Source: Candidatus Baldrarchaeum yapensis
Lineage (GTDB): Archaea; Asgardarchaeota; Baldrarchaeia; Baldrarchaeales; Baldrarchaeaceae
Assembly: GCA_016840465.1 (NCBI GenBank)
Contig: JAEOSH010000073.1
Span: forward strand, 1 to 8,769
Length of the DNA: 8,769 nt
Direction: 5' to 3'
The notes under the pieces were generated by a model. The model saw only the letters and a program-made list of their open reading frames with translations, had not been told where the DNA came from and ran no database searches. Positions 1-7,681 of this stretch are shown here, piece by piece (within the stretch, counting starts at the first letter, position 1; each line of letters begins with the position of its first letter). The translations under genes were made by a program, and so were the position numbers.

Positions 1-200
1 TTCGCGATGCGATTCGGCCCCAGCGAGCTACACGTGTTTTCTCGATGCGCTCGTTTTGCACTTCTTCGAGTGGGCGGCAGATGCGGGTCCGCCTCCGGCT
101 GTTGTTTGGGATTTGCATGATATTGCTTAGGGTTGCGCCCGCCGTACCGTATTTCGGTCGCCCGCCGGTGCGCGTTTCGCCGCAGGGTGGGAGGTGGTGT
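1..200 (-). ncRNA. GC-rich structured non-coding RNA region, truncated by the contig end; tentatively the 5' leader of an rRNA operon
   Basis: Hand count 123/200 G+C (~61%) against ~40% elsewhere; no ORF in the track. Hairpins include ACCG-N5-CGGT (146-158) and GGCGGA/UCUGCC (76-93), which needs a G-U pair and so folds better on the minus strand. No mature 16S/23S/5S, RNase P or SRP signature recognised. Confidence 0.4.
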
Positions 201-203
201 GAA

Positions 204-235
204 TGAGGGAATAGACCATAAATGTCCATTCCTCA
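204..235. promoter_or_regulatory. Imperfect inverted repeat centred on a minus-strand TATA-like motif (TTTATGG, 222-216)
   Basis: TGAGGGAATAGAC-cataaat-GTCCATTCCTCA pairs with one bulge and one mismatch. The TATA-like motif is ~20-25 nt upstream of the GC-rich block on the minus strand. Confidence 0.3.
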
Positions 236-334
236 GAAAGTTTCAGAAGTACTAACATTAACGGAATATTAAAATCCCCACATGTATGATTTTCATCAAG
301 TGAATTGCTAACTAACGATCACATGGTGATGAGA

Positions 335-925
335 GTGGCCAAAGGATTGTACCATTACCTTGCGGAGGCGTGGAAAAAGCCCTATGACTCCTACATTGCC
401 GAGTTGATGAAACAGAGGGTGCAGAAGTGGAGAGAGGAACCAGCAGTAGTGAGAGTTCCAAGGCCGATTCGACCAGATAAGGCAAGAAAACTTGGTTATA
501 AGGCAAAACCCGGATTTGTAATAGTAAGGGTCAGAGTTCGTAGAGGTTCTATGAGAAAGCCAAGACCGCGTGCAGGAAGAAAGCCTAAGAAGATGGGTGT
601 CGCGAAAATAACTATGGGTAAGAATCTAAGGTGGATCGCAGAGGAAAGGGCCGCAAGGAAGTTCCCAAACTTGGAAGTGCTGAACAGTTATTGGGTCTGG
701 GAGGACGGTAAGTATAAATGGTACGAGGTTATAATGGTCGACCCTCATCATCCGGCAATAAAAAATGATCCGGATATAAATTGGATCTGTAGCAATAAAC
801 ACAAGAGAAGAGTCTTCAGAGGATTAACAAGTGCCGGAAAGAAGGCGCGTGGACTCAGAGGTAGGGGTAAAGGAAGAGAGAAGGTTAGACCAAGCATACG
901 TGCGCATGGTAGAAGAGGTAAATGA
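335..925 (+). CDS. rpl15e: 50S ribosomal protein L15e
   Basis: L15e motifs: [69 protein letters not shown] is open from 305; GTG at 335 preferred because GGTGA (325-329) lies just upstream and gives 196 aa. Confidence 0.97.
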   Translation: MAKGLYHYLAEAWKKPYDSYIAELMKQRVQKWREEPAVVRVPRPIRPDKARKLGYKAKPGFVIVRVRVRRGSMRKPRPRAGRKPKKMGVAKITMGKNLRWIAEERAARKFPNLEVLNSYWVWEDGKYKWYEVIMVDPHHPAIKNDPDINWICSNKHKRRVFRGLTSAGKKARGLRGRGKGREKVRPSIRAHGRRGK

Positions 926-939
926 AGAAGTGATAGAAT

Positions 940-1404
940 TTGCGTTTCAAAGTAATTTCCTTATCTTTTGAAACGTTTTCTCATGCAACTGAAGATTTGA
1001 ACAAAGTTTTAGAAACATTAATGAAGTTCATTCCTCCCGAGGTTTTAAAGCATATTAAGGTATCAAGGGCCACTCTAAGTGGTCATTATAAGAACCCCAT
1101 AGAAATCCTAAGAATAAACATTACTAGGAGCGATCTCATAGATTCCACAATAAAGAAACTTGCAAGCATGATTAACGATAGTGATAAGAGAAGATTGGCA
1201 TTTGAAGTTGGAAGAAGGCTTGATAAAACGGGTAGATTTTATATAAGGTTTGATAAGCAACAAGCATACCTCGGAAATTTCCTAATATCCGACAAGGGAG
1301 ATTCCATAAAAGTAATTATTTCAATTTCGCCACGACCTAAGGACGAGAAATCCGTATCTCAGTTCTTGAAGAAATTGGGGTTGATAATTACGAGTGAGCA
1401 ATAA
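940..1404 (+). CDS. Conserved archaeal RNA-binding protein (COG1325 / DUF54-like, predicted exosome-associated)
   Basis: HATED..KV, GHYKNPI and YIRFDKQQAYLG motifs; usual position between rpl15e and rpp30; stop overlaps the next start (TAATG). Confidence 0.8.
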   Translation: MRFKVISLSFETFSHATEDLNKVLETLMKFIPPEVLKHIKVSRATLSGHYKNPIEILRINITRSDLIDSTIKKLASMINDSDKRRLAFEVGRRLDKTGRFYIRFDKQQAYLGNFLISDKGDSIKVIISISPRPKDEKSVSQFLKKLGLIITSEQ

Positions 1405-2138
1405 TGCCGATAATGTATTATGACATTTATGTGGATTTTCTTGTGCCTGATATCAGTAAACTCATGCAATTTGCACGCGAACTCGGATTCTCCGGGATAT
1501 GTATTTGTACATCGGATGTAAAAATTCTCAGAGAAATCTCCTCAAGTATTTCAAAAAACGAAATTGATTTAGATGTCGGCGTACGTTTCTCAATACGTGA
1601 AAACAACGTTAGGAGAATTAAGGACATTCTCCCTAATATCAGGAGATACGTTGACATAATTTCTGTTGTTTGTACAAACAGGGAGGTTTCCGCCTGGAGT
1701 GCACGCGACGGGCGTATTGACATTCTGACCTTCGATTCCTACGAGAGTTTAAGGGTGTTTGCTGAAGGGGCTGCTAGGCTTGCAGGAGAGAATAAGAAGG
1801 CGATTGAGATGCCGATTAGACTACTACTCACCGCGCGTGGCATCAAGAGAGCACGATTACTACATGAAGTTCGAAGAGTGCTATGGCTGGCCAGGAGATT
1901 TGGATCTGATGTTGTCATAAGTAGCGGAGCCAGATCGATATATGAAATGCGTGCGCCTCGCGATGTTTTATCGATCGCAATTACATTGTTAGGACTTGAT
2001 AAGGATACTGCGCTAAAAGCCATTTCAGAGATCCCCCGTAAAATCATAGAGACGAGCCGTGAAAAGAGGTCACGGAACTTTGTACTTCCAGGGGTAAGAA
2101 TTGTCGGGAAGATGGGTGATAAAAATGGTAAAGTTTGA
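1404..2138 (+). CDS. rnp3: Ribonuclease P protein subunit Rpp30
   Basis: YYDIYV N-terminus, DGRIDIL, AIEM, VVISSGARSIYEMRAPRD typical of archaeal Rpp30; adjacent to Pop5. Confidence 0.93.
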   Translation: MPIMYYDIYVDFLVPDISKLMQFARELGFSGICICTSDVKILREISSSISKNEIDLDVGVRFSIRENNVRRIKDILPNIRRYVDIISVVCTNREVSAWSARDGRIDILTFDSYESLRVFAEGAARLAGENKKAIEMPIRLLLTARGIKRARLLHEVRRVLWLARRFGSDVVISSGARSIYEMRAPRDVLSIAITLLGLDKDTALKAISEIPRKIIETSREKRSRNFVLPGVRIVGKMGDKNGKV

Positions 2139-2451
2139 AAGACGGAGGTACTTGGCATTTAAACTTTATCCGGAAAAAAAGGAGGTTAAAAAGAATTCTC
2201 TAGCACGGGAAATCTGGACTTCACTTATATCATTATTCGGTGAAAAGGCCGCGGCCGACACCAACTTCTGGCTTGTCGATTATGATGAAGAGAAGTGTAT
2301 AGGAATAGCACGTTGCACGAATAGAACCGTTGAGATCCTCAGATCAGCGATTGCACTACTCTCATCGGTCGATAGTATTAGAATCTCGGTAAAGACTCTC
2401 AAAATTTCCGGATCGCTTAGAAAGCTTAGGAAAAAATACTTATTAAGATGA
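2125..2451 (+). CDS. rnp2: Ribonuclease P protein subunit Pop5 (Rpp14/Pop5 family)
   Basis: RRRYLAF, LFGE, GIARC, ISGSLRKL motifs. ATG at 2125 follows GGGTGAT (2114-2120) and overlaps the end of rpp30. Confidence 0.9.
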   Translation: MVKFERRRYLAFKLYPEKKEVKKNSLAREIWTSLISLFGEKAAADTNFWLVDYDEEKCIGIARCTNRTVEILRSAIALLSSVDSIRISVKTLKISGSLRKLRKKYLLR

Positions 2452-2479
2452 GGCGAATCTTATAGTAAACTGCTTATTA

Positions 2480-3277
2480 ATGTCCTGTTGCCTAAAATCT
2501 CACATTGTGGTGGAATACTTGCATGCGGAGGTAAAGAAAAGAGATACGCGCTTTGAAAGTTTACAAAAGAAGATCCTCGCAATAGAGTTATTGAGACTGC
2601 TCAAGAAGGTCTACACGTATGAAGAGTTATCTAAAAGCTTAGGACTACCCATCACCGTGATTAATAGGTATGTGAAGGGACACGTGCTCCCACGGGAGGA
2701 GAGAGCGGAGGAAATAATAAAATTCGCGCAAAAGGAAATAAATTTAAGGCAAGAAATCCGTAGAAGGATAAAATTCGATGAGAACGGGTATTTCAACAAT
2801 ATGGAAATTTTAAGTGATACTCACCTGCTTAAACTCATTGCAAAAATAGTTGCAGAGAAATTTAGAAAATTCAATATAACTAAGGTGCTCACAGCGGCCG
2901 TTGATGGAATACCTTTAGCCGTACACATAGCGAGCGAGTTAGGTGTGGATATGGTCTTTGCGAAAAAGGAAAAGGAGGTTGGTGTAAAGGAATTCCTGGA
3001 GGAGGTGTATGCACCTAGTTTTTCCGGTATGCTTGTGAGTCTATATCTGCCTAAAGGGTTAATAAAGCCAAACGATTGTGTTTTAATAGTTGATGATGTC
3101 ATGAGATCGGGGGAGACGCAAAAGGCTCTAATTAACCTAGCTAGAAAAGCCGGAGCAAGAGTTGCTGGTGTATTTATACTGATAGCCATAGGTGATAGAT
3201 GGAAGGATAAAATACCAGCAGACTCGGACTTTCAACTGGAGATATTCTTGCATTTGAAAGAACCCTATGCAACATGA
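2480..3277 (+). CDS. Archaeal phosphoribosyltransferase-family protein with N-terminal HTH (PurR-like / APRT-like)
   Basis: HTH region YTYEELSKSLGLPITVINRYVKGHVLP; PRT motifs VLTAAVDGIPLA and PRPP loop VLIVDDVMRSGET. True start may be GTG 2507/2510 or TTG 2519. Confidence 0.88.
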   Translation: MSCCLKSHIVVEYLHAEVKKRDTRFESLQKKILAIELLRLLKKVYTYEELSKSLGLPITVINRYVKGHVLPREERAEEIIKFAQKEINLRQEIRRRIKFDENGYFNNMEILSDTHLLKLIAKIVAEKFRKFNITKVLTAAVDGIPLAVHIASELGVDMVFAKKEKEVGVKEFLEEVYAPSFSGMLVSLYLPKGLIKPNDCVLIVDDVMRSGETQKALINLARKAGARVAGVFILIAIGDRWKDKIPADSDFQLEIFLHLKEPYAT

Positions 3278-3837
3278 GTATTGCTGGTTTTCCGACTACT
3301 CGCCATACTTGATCTCAACATTTCAAAAATACCTTTGAACACCTTAAGTAACCCGTCTATTGCGCCTCTCACCTTGTCCGAAAGTCCGGCTCCAAGGTCC
3401 AATACACCTGGTTGTATTCCTATTATGAGTATACGCACATTCGGAAGGTGCCCCCGCAAGTACTTCAAAAAAAGCGTTAATGGAAGGTTATGTGTTGATA
3501 ATGCAATGCCGGATATCTCATTCTCGAATATTATCGATACGGTACCTGGTTCTGCCGATATGTCGGCACAATCCACAATTATTATGTGAGAGGGTGACTC
3601 TCTTAAAATAACTCCGGTAAAATTCTCTGGAGATTGACCACATGATAGTAACACCACGTTCTCTGGGGGGTTTTCCCTACTAAGTTCTCTAACAAAAATA
3701 ACTCCCGCGCCATCATCGCCCCGCAACTCATTACCTATTCCCAAAATAATTAAACGTCTTACATTCTCAAGAAAGTTTGCTAGTATGTCGAAGAGATTTG
3801 CAGATTTGTCATGATCTGTTTTGCCTGTGGGTTCCAT
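3265..3837 (-). CDS. hycI: [NiFe]-hydrogenase maturation protease (HycI/HyaD family)
   Basis: LGIGNELRGDDGAG, PEN, IIVDCA, STHNLPL and IGIQP motifs. Overlaps the convergent PRT gene by 13 bp. Start uncertain. Confidence 0.87.
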   Translation of the reverse strand: MEPTGKTDHDKSANLFDILANFLENVRRLIILGIGNELRGDDGAGVIFVRELSRENPPENVVLLSCGQSPENFTGVILRESPSHIIIVDCADISAEPGTVSIIFENEISGIALSTHNLPLTLFLKYLRGHLPNVRILIIGIQPGVLDLGAGLSDKVRGAIDGLLKVFKGIFEMLRSSMASSRKTSNTHVA

Positions 3838-3896
3838 AGAATCATCCCATTATGTCCAGTCAAGTCGATGATGATTATTCAGGAGGGAAATATAAA

Positions 3897-4439
3897 ATGC
3901 ACGAGGAGGTTAAGGAAAAACCCCTTCAGGCGAGAATACTCAAAGGAGTGATAATCATAGAAGGTGATAATGCTAAGGAGTTGCATGAGCAGGGATATTA
4001 TGGAGAACTAGTGGATGACAATAAAGTTTTATTATCGCCTCTCGAGGCGCTATACTTGCTTGAACGCGGAAAAATAGAAGTTATCGACGAACAGGGAAAC
4101 AAAATCTCATTTTATAAACTTCTACATTACTTTACAGAGAAGTTTCCAAGCCTGATGTCAAATTATATTGTATACCGGGATTTGAGATCACGAGGATATA
4201 TAGTACGCGCGGGAATTGAGGGCATCGCCGAATTTAGATTATATGAGAGAGGATCTAAGGGGAAGGATAAAGTTGCAAAGTATTTGGTGAAGACTATGTG
4301 TGAGGGGCTCTCACTCAGCTTGTTCGAACTGGATAAACTTTCATCCGTGACTAGAAATTTGGGCAAAGAACTCATACTTGCAATCGTCGATAGGCAAGGA
4401 GATACAACTTACTACAAGGTCTCTCGCGTTGAGCTTTAA
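3897..4439 (+). CDS. endA: tRNA splicing endonuclease subunit, probably the structural (non-catalytic) beta type
   Basis: EndA motifs LSPLEALYLLERG, VYRDLRSRGYIV, FRLYERG, LAIVD..GD.TYY. ORF is open from 3852; ATG 3897 follows GGAGGG and gives 180 aa. Val occupies the expected catalytic His position. Confidence 0.88.
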   Translation: MHEEVKEKPLQARILKGVIIIEGDNAKELHEQGYYGELVDDNKVLLSPLEALYLLERGKIEVIDEQGNKISFYKLLHYFTEKFPSLMSNYIVYRDLRSRGYIVRAGIEGIAEFRLYERGSKGKDKVAKYLVKTMCEGLSLSLFELDKLSSVTRNLGKELILAIVDRQGDTTYYKVSRVEL

Positions 4440-4575
4440 TATTCTCCTCTCGATCTCCAATTCTGTGATTTTATGTGATAGACCTATTCTTGCATCTGTG
4501 CCGTAAAGTAATGTTTTAATTGGGAGGTAGGAAACCTCTTGAGATATCACTTCAGTTGGTCTTCACCTTGGTGGT

Positions 4576-6198
4576 ATGATGAAGTCCGTGATTGTCCCTG
4601 ATACCTCAGTGATAATTGAAGGATGGTTATCGAGAAATGTGGAAAATGGAGCGTTGAATGGAGTCAAGATTATAATTCCCCAAATAGTTATCGCCGAGAT
4701 AGAGTACCAGGCAAATATCGGAAAGGCAAGTGGTCTTGCCGGACTTGAGGAGTTGAAACGCTTAAGGGACCTCGCTAATAAGGGACTTATAGAACTTGAG
4801 GTTACTGGCCAAAGGCTCTCACTCGAAGATCTCGCAAAGTTCTCAAACAGTGATATAGACTATTTGATTAGGGAGGAGGCACGGAAGCTTGATGCCACGT
4901 TAATCACTAGCGACAGAATACAAGCTACTCTAGCGTACGCGGAGGGAATCGATGTAAAATACGTTGAAGTATCAGGCAAGAAGGTTAAACTTGAGGACTT
5001 CTTCGATGATCAAACAATGTCCGTACATCTTAAGGAAGGAGTACCTCCACTCGCAAAGAAGGGAACGCCAGGAAACTGGAGGTTAGTTAAGATGAGGGAT
5101 GAGCCTATGACCATCGACGAGTTACAAAGTATCGCTGTAGATATCATTGAGAGGGCAAAAAGCAGTAGTGATGCCTTCATAGAAATAGATGAGCCCGGAG
5201 CAACGGTAATCCAATTGGGAGAATTTAGAATCGCCATTGCTCGTCCACCGTTCTCTGATGGTATGGAAATAACGGCCGTCCGCCCATTAGTAAAATTAAA
5301 ACTTGAAGATTACGGGTTATCAGAGAAACTTATGAAAAGACTGAAAGAGAAGGCTGAAGGCATATTAATTGCCGGACCCCCGGGCGCCGGGAAAAGCACA
5401 TTTGCCTCGGCACTTGCTGAGTTTTATATGCGCCTAAATAGAATAGTTAAAACTATAGAAAGACCCAGAGACCTCCAGGTTCCGCCAGAAGTTACCCAGT
5501 ATACCGCACTTAAGGGAAAACTCGAAAAAACCGCAGATGTGCTACTACTTGTCCGACCTGACTATTGCATATTCGATGAATTGCGTAAAGACGAAGATTT
5601 CAAGATTTTCACGGATTTGAGATTTGCAGGAGTTGGAATGGTTGGTGTCATACACGCGACAAATCCCATTGATGCAATTCAAAGATTTATTGGAAGAGTG
5701 CATATTGGGATGCTCAGTAGAGTTATAGATACCGTCATTTTCATAGAAAACGGCAAAGTGGAGAAAGTGTATTCCTTGAGATTAACTGTGAAAGTACCGA
5801 CGGGAATGCGCGATGTTGAATTAGCAAGACCCGTCGTTGAAATTAGAGATTTCGAGACAGGAGAACTTGAATATGAAATCTACGTATTCGGAGAGCAGAT
5901 AGTTGTAGCCCCCGTTAAAGAAAGAAGAAGAAAAAGACGTATAAGCGAGGAGGAACAAGAAGTTGATCGTGAATTTCACGAAGTTAACATTCAGTATACA
6001 AACAAGTACTTTGTACTGATATTACCACCGTCCTTTGCACGAAAGAACGCCGAAATATATGGTGATGACACATTCCTCTTCTGTGCAAGAGTTAATAAGA
6101 GAGGAGAGATACATATAAGGAAAAAGAGCAGTTATGGTCAACTGTTAATGATGGCGTTGAGGGATGGTGCAAGGTTAAGGGCTCGTATTGCTGATTAG
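4576..6198 (+). CDS. PIN-domain / VirB11-like AAA ATPase (PINA, COG1855 family)
   Basis: N-terminal PIN acidic motifs (PDTS, AEIE, SDID, TSDR), Walker A GPPGAGKST, Walker B CIFDE, RPDY and GVIHAT motifs. Start may be ATG 4579. Confidence 0.92.
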   Translation: MMKSVIVPDTSVIIEGWLSRNVENGALNGVKIIIPQIVIAEIEYQANIGKASGLAGLEELKRLRDLANKGLIELEVTGQRLSLEDLAKFSNSDIDYLIREEARKLDATLITSDRIQATLAYAEGIDVKYVEVSGKKVKLEDFFDDQTMSVHLKEGVPPLAKKGTPGNWRLVKMRDEPMTIDELQSIAVDIIERAKSSSDAFIEIDEPGATVIQLGEFRIAIARPPFSDGMEITAVRPLVKLKLEDYGLSEKLMKRLKEKAEGILIAGPPGAGKSTFASALAEFYMRLNRIVKTIERPRDLQVPPEVTQYTALKGKLEKTADVLLLVRPDYCIFDELRKDEDFKIFTDLRFAGVGMVGVIHATNPIDAIQRFIGRVHIGMLSRVIDTVIFIENGKVEKVYSLRLTVKVPTGMRDVELARPVVEIRDFETGELEYEIYVFGEQIVVAPVKERRRKRRISEEEQEVDREFHEVNIQYTNKYFVLILPPSFARKNAEIYGDDTFLFCARVNKRGEIHIRKKSSYGQLLMMALRDGARLRARIAD

Positions 6199-6200
6199 TC

Positions 6201-6902
6201 TCAATCTTTTCTTAAGATATCCACATGATCCTTGTATCCGACATACACAATATCCGCCATGTTTGTAAAAATGCCATTCTCCACCACGCCCGGAATCATA
6301 TTTATTTTTGTTTCTAGTTCCTTGGGATCGTCTATCGGGGTTCCGAATCGTACATCGATGATGAAGTTTCCGTTATCAGTAATTATCGGGCCGACCTTGC
6401 GTTGAGCAAGTCTTAATGCTGCCTTTCCTCCCATTTCCGTAAGTTTTTTCATAACAAAACCGCAGGCAAACGGCAGTACCTCCACGGGTACTGGCGCCCT
6501 TTCACCCAATCTTTTAACGCGCTTCGTAAAATCAACAACAATAATGAGTTTCTTTGCCGCAGCGTCAACAATTTTCTCCCGAGTTAAAGCAGCGCCACCG
6601 CCCTTTATCATATCTAGATCATCTGATATCTCATCTGCTCCGTCAATCGCTAGGTCGAGTTCGGGATACTCATCCAAAGTCACTATCCTTATACCACTAC
6701 CCACAAGCAGGAAATATGCCTGTGTCGATGATGGAACAGCATAAACTTCCAAATCTTCGTTTTTTACTCTCTCTATAAGAAACTTTACTGCGTACTCGAC
6801 TGTACTTCCACTTCCAATTCCAATTACTGCTCCATCACGTATAAGTTTCACCGCTTCTCTCGCAGCATTCTTTTTCGCAATTTCTTTTATTTCATTTCCC
6901 AT
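6201..6902 (-). CDS. rpiA: Ribose-5-phosphate isomerase A
   Basis: GIGSGST, DGADE, IKGGGAALTREK, PVEV, TDNGN and GVVENGIF motifs; AGGTG ribosome-binding motif upstream. Confidence 0.97.
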   Translation of the reverse strand: MGNEIKEIAKKNAAREAVKLIRDGAVIGIGSGSTVEYAVKFLIERVKNEDLEVYAVPSSTQAYFLLVGSGIRIVTLDEYPELDLAIDGADEISDDLDMIKGGGAALTREKIVDAAAKKLIIVVDFTKRVKRLGERAPVPVEVLPFACGFVMKKLTEMGGKAALRLAQRKVGPIITDNGNFIIDVRFGTPIDDPKELETKINMIPGVVENGIFTNMADIVYVGYKDHVDILRKD

Positions 6903-6913
6903 GAACTTCGCAC

Positions 6914-7645
6914 CTACTCCTCTTTGAGGACCTTTCTTAGCCTCTTTAGTTGTTCCTCTAATCCTTTACTTATTTCCTTAATGACGCTTTCTGATTCTCC
7001 AGCCTCAGGAGCCGCTTCAGGCACTTCAGGTACCTCAGGTACCTCCTCTGCCGTAACGACCTCTTCTCTTACAGGTGTTGGTGCCGGTGGTACAGATCTA
7101 GGGGCAACCTCCGGAGGTCTTTCGGGAGGCATAGCAAATTCCCTTCTTAGTTCACGAACAATCTCCATTCGTCTTCTTTCCATCTCTTCCCTTAACCTTA
7201 TAACCTCCTCCATCTCTCTAATTTTCTCCTCGCTCTTCCTCAGGACCTCTTCATAGGCCTGCCTAAATTCGTCAATAATGTCAGGCGATACCTCGACTTC
7301 TCTTGAAACTTCCTCGAGCGCGTCGAGTGCCGCCCTTGAAATTCTATGTAGTACTTGGTAAAAACTCAGATCTCGACCTTCCACCCATTTTGGAACTAAT
7401 GTTGCCTCCTCCTCAGGTGGGGATGGCGCTTCGATCCTTGGTGCTTCCTCTCTAAGCTCCCGTTTGCCCAATACCATTACGGATGGCAAAATTACCGATA
7501 GTCCAAATAACGCGATGACAAATTGCTCTAACGTCACGCCAAGAGACATTACATACGCCGTTACGAATCCTATTAGCCAACTAAAGAACCTAAGCACTAC
7601 CTCTATTGTTTTATTTAAAGCCGTCACTACAAACTCTATCTCCAT
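6914..7645 (-). CDS. Hypothetical membrane-anchored coiled-coil protein with Pro/Glu-rich tail
   Basis: 243 aa from ATG 7645, preceded by GGAGGAG (ORF open from TTG 7663). Two N-terminal hydrophobic segments followed by KR, an E/R/K-rich helix, a Pro-rich linker and a C-terminal amphipathic helix. Ends 11 bp before rpiA. No family recognised. Confidence 0.8.
   Translation of the reverse strand: MEIEFVVTALNKTIEVVLRFFSWLIGFVTAYVMSLGVTLEQFVIALFGLSVILPSVMVLGKRELREEAPRIEAPSPPEEEATLVPKWVEGRDLSFYQVLHRISRAALDALEEVSREVEVSPDIIDEFRQAYEEVLRKSEEKIREMEEVIRLREEMERRRMEIVRELRREFAMPPERPPEVAPRSVPPAPTPVREEVVTAEEVPEVPEVPEAAPEAGESESVIKEISKGLEEQLKRLRKVLKEE
7013..7048. repeat. Imperfect 9-bp tandem repeat encoding the VPE run
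   Basis: Units cgcttcagg, cacttcagg, tacctcagg, tacctcctc; on the minus strand they encode EEVPEVPEVPEA. Confidence 0.7.
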
Positions 7646-7681
7646 TACTTGACACTCCTCCAAACCTTATGGACAAGAAGT

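Noticed and set aside
1-200. RNase P RNA or SRP RNA, tempting given the nearby Rpp30 and Pop5 genes
   Set aside because: No GAGGAA..UCC (CR-I) or ACAGAA (CR-II) motif and no SRP helix-8 motif on either strand; only loose look-alikes such as CCGCCCAC and GAAGTGCAA.
191-214. GGAGGTG followed by ATG AGG GAA TAG (Met-Arg-Glu) as a leader peptide
   Set aside because: Three codons only; the G-rich text is adequately explained as the complement of the C-rich minus-strand RNA start.
3866-3874. ATGATGA C-box-like motif suggesting a C/D sRNA
   Set aside because: No CTGA D box at a suitable distance downstream.
4341-4550. 69-aa minus-strand ORF in the endA-PINA spacer and hairpin GAGGT-aggaa-ACCTC (4524-4538)
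   Set aside because: Overlaps endA antisense by ~99 bp with no recognisable motif; a 5-bp stem is within chance expectation.
1427-5237. Antisense ORFs within real genes (1427-1723, 1739-2158, 2611-2799, 2821-3189, 3281-3589, 4163-4375, 5010-5237)
   Set aside because: They lie opposite well-supported genes and have no recognisable motifs; shadow ORFs. The same applies to 312-506, 6544-6778, 6924-7256 and 7464-7652.
5917-5940. KERRRKRR as a nuclear-localisation-like signal
   Set aside because: Basic linkers are common in archaeal nucleic-acid-binding proteins; nothing supports a targeting role.
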